From NCBI GenBank assembly GCA_964016885.1, contig OZ024742.1, forward strand, positions 182,342,001 through 182,406,000: 64,000 bases of DNA, in the 5' to 3' direction. The notes beneath the pieces are model-generated. The model had not been told where the DNA came from, ran no database searches, and was given only the letters and a program-made list of their open reading frames with translations. This stretch comes from Eledone cirrhosa. Its lineage: Eukaryota. Positions 60,366 through 64,000 of the stretch are shown here, piece by piece (within the stretch, counting starts at the first letter, position 1; each line of letters opens with the position of its first letter). Position numbers and translations under genes: made by a program.

Positions 60366-60581
60366 CACGGAATAAATTACCTTTTTATGATGTCTACCTG
60401 TTATTATTCATTCTTTATATACACTCCGGAATACTGAAGGATCAGGAACTAAGTTTCTTGAACAATTCTTCCATAACTCGTAGAGTAACCTCTTACCGTA
60501 CGTCAACCATATCCAGTGTAGTAATTAACCATTACTACATCTTGGATAATCCTATACCTAATATATATATATATATATATT

Positions 60582-60694
<113 letters not shown>

Positions 60695-60773
60695 GTAAAC
60701 ATATATGTGCATATATATCCATACATATATTTATATATATGTATATACATACACACACACACACACACACACA

Positions 60774-60813
<40 letters not shown>

Positions 60814-60953
60814 TATTTATATATGATGGCTGCAACTCGATTTCGAGTAATGACATCGCTTGATACTTAAGCATGAGCATCACGGACGTGGCTCTTTAGT
60901 CCTACTTGGGACTTGCCTATGACCAGTAATGCCATGAATCACAGAAAATGCCA

Positions 60954-61001
<48 letters not shown>

Positions 61002-61050
61002 CATATATATATACATATATATATACATATATATATATACATATATATAT

Positions 61051-61251
61051 AACGAAGGAAATGTGGTAAGGAACCAGATGGACCATAACGCACCAAAGTA
61101 CTCAATACTTAGGGTAGTAGAGTGGGTAATAGGAACGAGTAGGACCCCGACGGCTGAGCTCAAGCCGTTTCGACGGCTAATTCTGGACTCATTCTTGTCC
61201 AGAATTAGCCTTCGAAACGGCTTGAGCTCAGCCGTCGGGGTCCTACTCGTT

Positions 61252-61255
<4 letters not shown>
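61051..61255 (-). mobile_element. Family A fold-back stub with tail
   Basis: Same family; embedded in (TA)n. Confidence 0.9.
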
Positions 61256-61342
<87 letters not shown>

Positions 61343-61625
61343 TAACGACTGCAAAGCACGTTGAGGATTATGAAAAATGTTCCAATAACCTGGGCATTTA
61401 AACACCTGGCGACGGTAAAAAGGACAATGTCACTGGCGTATACCATGTCGCTGTGCTACCGTTACCTTGTAGTGTGCTTTACATACGTTGCGATTTGTTG
61501 GAGATGTTGTATTCATTCCGAAGTCCTAAATCATGGCTGAACCCTTTCTAATCTAGACGTTGCACATTCCTTTAATATCTGCTCTTTAACTAAACTACAC
61601 TTAACAAGGAAGGAAGTTGTATACC

Positions 61626-61686
<61 letters not shown>

Positions 61687-62386
61687 TAGAGAGTGGATGA
61701 GAGAGAATAATAGAAAATAGGAGAGAGTAAGAGAGATGGTAAGACAGACGAATAAAATAACTTCCTCTATTTCATTCCATCTGTCTTACTTCAAATATTG
61801 CCGTGGAAGTTGTCTCTGTCCCTCCTCAACCTAGATATTTGTGTGCTTCGTGTGTCAATATTAGAAATCAATAGGAGAGTTGTCAAGTACAGTAGAAGTG
61901 TAGAAGTGATAATGATAGGCGGACACAAGGTAATATGTTGAATTTCACTGGGAATCCAGTTTTTCCTCTACAGTGGTAGCCATTGTGATAATGCGGATAT
62001 TGATTTTTAACATTGAGACAAGGGCACATCATTTTGGCGGTGTGGGGAAGGATGTATAGTCGACCAAATCGACCTCGGTGTTTGGCAGGTGCATAGTTTA
62101 CAGGCTTCTGTGGCATGTGAATGTAGAACATCAAGAAACAACTCAATGCCATAAGGCATTCTTCCCGGTGCTCTTCCAATTACACTATCATACAGGCCTG
62201 CCAGTTTCACCATTATATTAACATTAATAAATAGGAGCACTAACATAGTGTGATGCAGAATACCGGCCTATTTGGAAATACCTATACAGGCCTATAGTCT
62301 GAATCGTGCGGAATCATTGTAGGTACAATATGTTTATATGTAATAAACATACATAGTTTCGCCGTGAGTATTGTGTTGAGTGTGAA

Positions 62387-62680
62387 GGCGCGTGGCTTAA
62401 GGGGTTAAGGCATTCAGCTCACGGTCGCAAGGTCTTGAGTTCGATTCCCAAAGGCCCGTTGTATCCTTGAGCAAGACACTTTATTTCTTGTACCTCCAGA
62501 CCACTTAGCAGGCAAAAATGATTTGTACCTGGAATTCGAAGAGCCAACCTTGTCACATTCTTTGTCTCTCTGAATTTCCCTGAGAACTACATTAAGGGTT
62601 GCGGGTCTGTTGAATGCTCAGTCACTTGTACGTTAACTTTATCAACTGGAACATGCGTCGTTGTAGTCGACGGAGTTCCA
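62387..62680 (+). mobile_element. CORE-type tRNA SINE (SINE-2)
   Basis: ggcgcgtggcttaa..gg, gagttcgattcc, tccttgagcaagacacttt. Confidence 0.75.
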
Positions 62681-63147
62681 GTTATTCTAAGCAGTTATTA
62701 TAACACAGCTACGTCAGTAACCACGAGAGAAGGCCATCCATCATAAATGACACATGCTCTCTCGTTTATTTATAGATTTGTATATATTAAATATTAGTAA
62801 CTAGACATATTATCAATTCTTGTTTGTCTATGTTGAATATATCTACTGTTTCATTTTTATTTGTTTTGTTTTTTGTACACTAAACAATTTATCACACAGC
62901 GAATAGGATAGGCATATGGTAAGCTCTGCGCAGCGTATGTTTGACTCCCTGAGGTATATCTCTTACGCCATTAATATTCTGCGATAATGGGATTGCTGTT
63001 AGAAGCTCCCACTCAACTCACTCGAAAATGTAGCCTACTATTGATTTAGATCTTGGATCACGTCTTGCGCATTTTAGACCTGGTGGAGCCCATTCCTATT
63101 TCTTCCAGAAAGAGAAAGAAAGAAAAAGAGAAGAATAAGAAGGAGAA

Positions 63148-63292
63148 TTGGCCCCAGTACTAGACTAGTATACCTTTTTATCGACCTCGAAAGAGTGAAA
63201 AAGCAAAGTTGACCCCGGCGAGATTTGAACTCAGCGTAGAGTGCCGGAATAAATGCTGCGAAGCATTCTAACGATTTTACCAATTCGCCTCC
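63148..63292 (-). mobile_element. Diverged SINE-1-related copy
   Basis: tcgacctcgaaa...gcaaagttgacc..ggcgagatttgaactcag...ccaattcgcc. Confidence 0.7.
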
Positions 63293-63411
63293 TGTTTATC
63301 CTATAGGAGAGATATATATATATACATACACACACATATATATATATATATTTACACACACAAAAATATATATATATATACACACACAAAAATATATATA
63401 TATATACACAC

Positions 63412-63453
<42 letters not shown>

Positions 63454-64000
63454 TTATGTTTATTATAACATACCATTAGTTTAACTCATGTGAACGTTTA
63501 CTAAGAAAATTGATTGTCTTGAATAAACAAAACAAAAAAAATAATGATAATAAATAAAGGAAATATTACCAAGCATAAAGAAAATCAACTTAAAAATATA
63601 AATAAAATATTTTAACTCAACAAAAATGAATTCAGCTAAGAGGATGATAAATTCTTTGTTTAAAAGCAAAGCTTATAAAATTAAACACTAAATACTTAAG
63701 CTCCAGTGATAAAAAAAAATAAATAGCAGTAAAAATAATTTAAAAATATAAATAGCAAGAAGTTGGTCATCCATTAAATATTATTAGCTCTCTACAAATA
63801 CGTTGAATAATATTCCTATGTATATGTGTACCTATATGTATGAGTCTATGTGCGCGCGCGCCCATACGAATCCTATAATCCATTATTTGTCGAACCTTGT
63901 CGAAGATTCTAGGCTTCCTATAGTGAATTTAGAGCAAGTCAACATATATAGTCGTGAATTGTTTCAGTTTAAATAATCAAATCAACAAAATAGTCAGTTA

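Larger units (their letters stand above)
57685..60561 (+). mobile_element. 5'-truncated Penelope-like retroelement (Naiad-like) with inverted 5' pLTR, 3' pLTR and tail, inserted in (TA)n
   Basis: RT + GIY-YIG coding region; 123-bp inverted repeat 57685-57807 / 60294-60416 with one mismatch; hammerhead; (TA)n on both flanks. Confidence 0.95.

Noticed and set aside
61883-62246. Cys/His-rich minus-strand ORFs
   Set aside because: No consistent zinc-finger spacing or recognisable family.

Overview
AT-rich, microsatellite-saturated eukaryotic DNA in which I could not identify any host protein-coding exon. Almost all ORFs in the track are translations of (TA)n/(CA)n/(TAG)n tracts. The SINE types and repeat landscape suggest an octopus/cephalopod intergenic or intronic region (inference). 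Main content: (1) a young 5'-truncated Penelope-like retroelement (RT + C-terminal GIY-YIG, Naiad-like motifs) at 57685-60561 with an inverted pLTR and a hammerhead ribozyme; (2) a second, older Penelope-like fragment at 17411-18569; (3) about 25 short, mostly (TA)n-embedded Penelope-type 3'-end stubs from roughly 9-10 sequence families carrying full or half hammerhead ribozymes, many as fold-back palindromes whose turning point lies in a ribozyme hairpin; (4) many tRNA-derived SINEs; (5) degraded RTE, CR1-like and Tx1-like LINE remnants, Tc1/mariner-type MITEs, a non-autonomous Helitron and minisatellites. The most interesting signal is the (TA)n-associated hammerhead/Penelope community, with an apparent hairpin snap-back integration mechanism and a tail motif shared across families. 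All alignments and RNA pairings were done by eye; no database searches were run.
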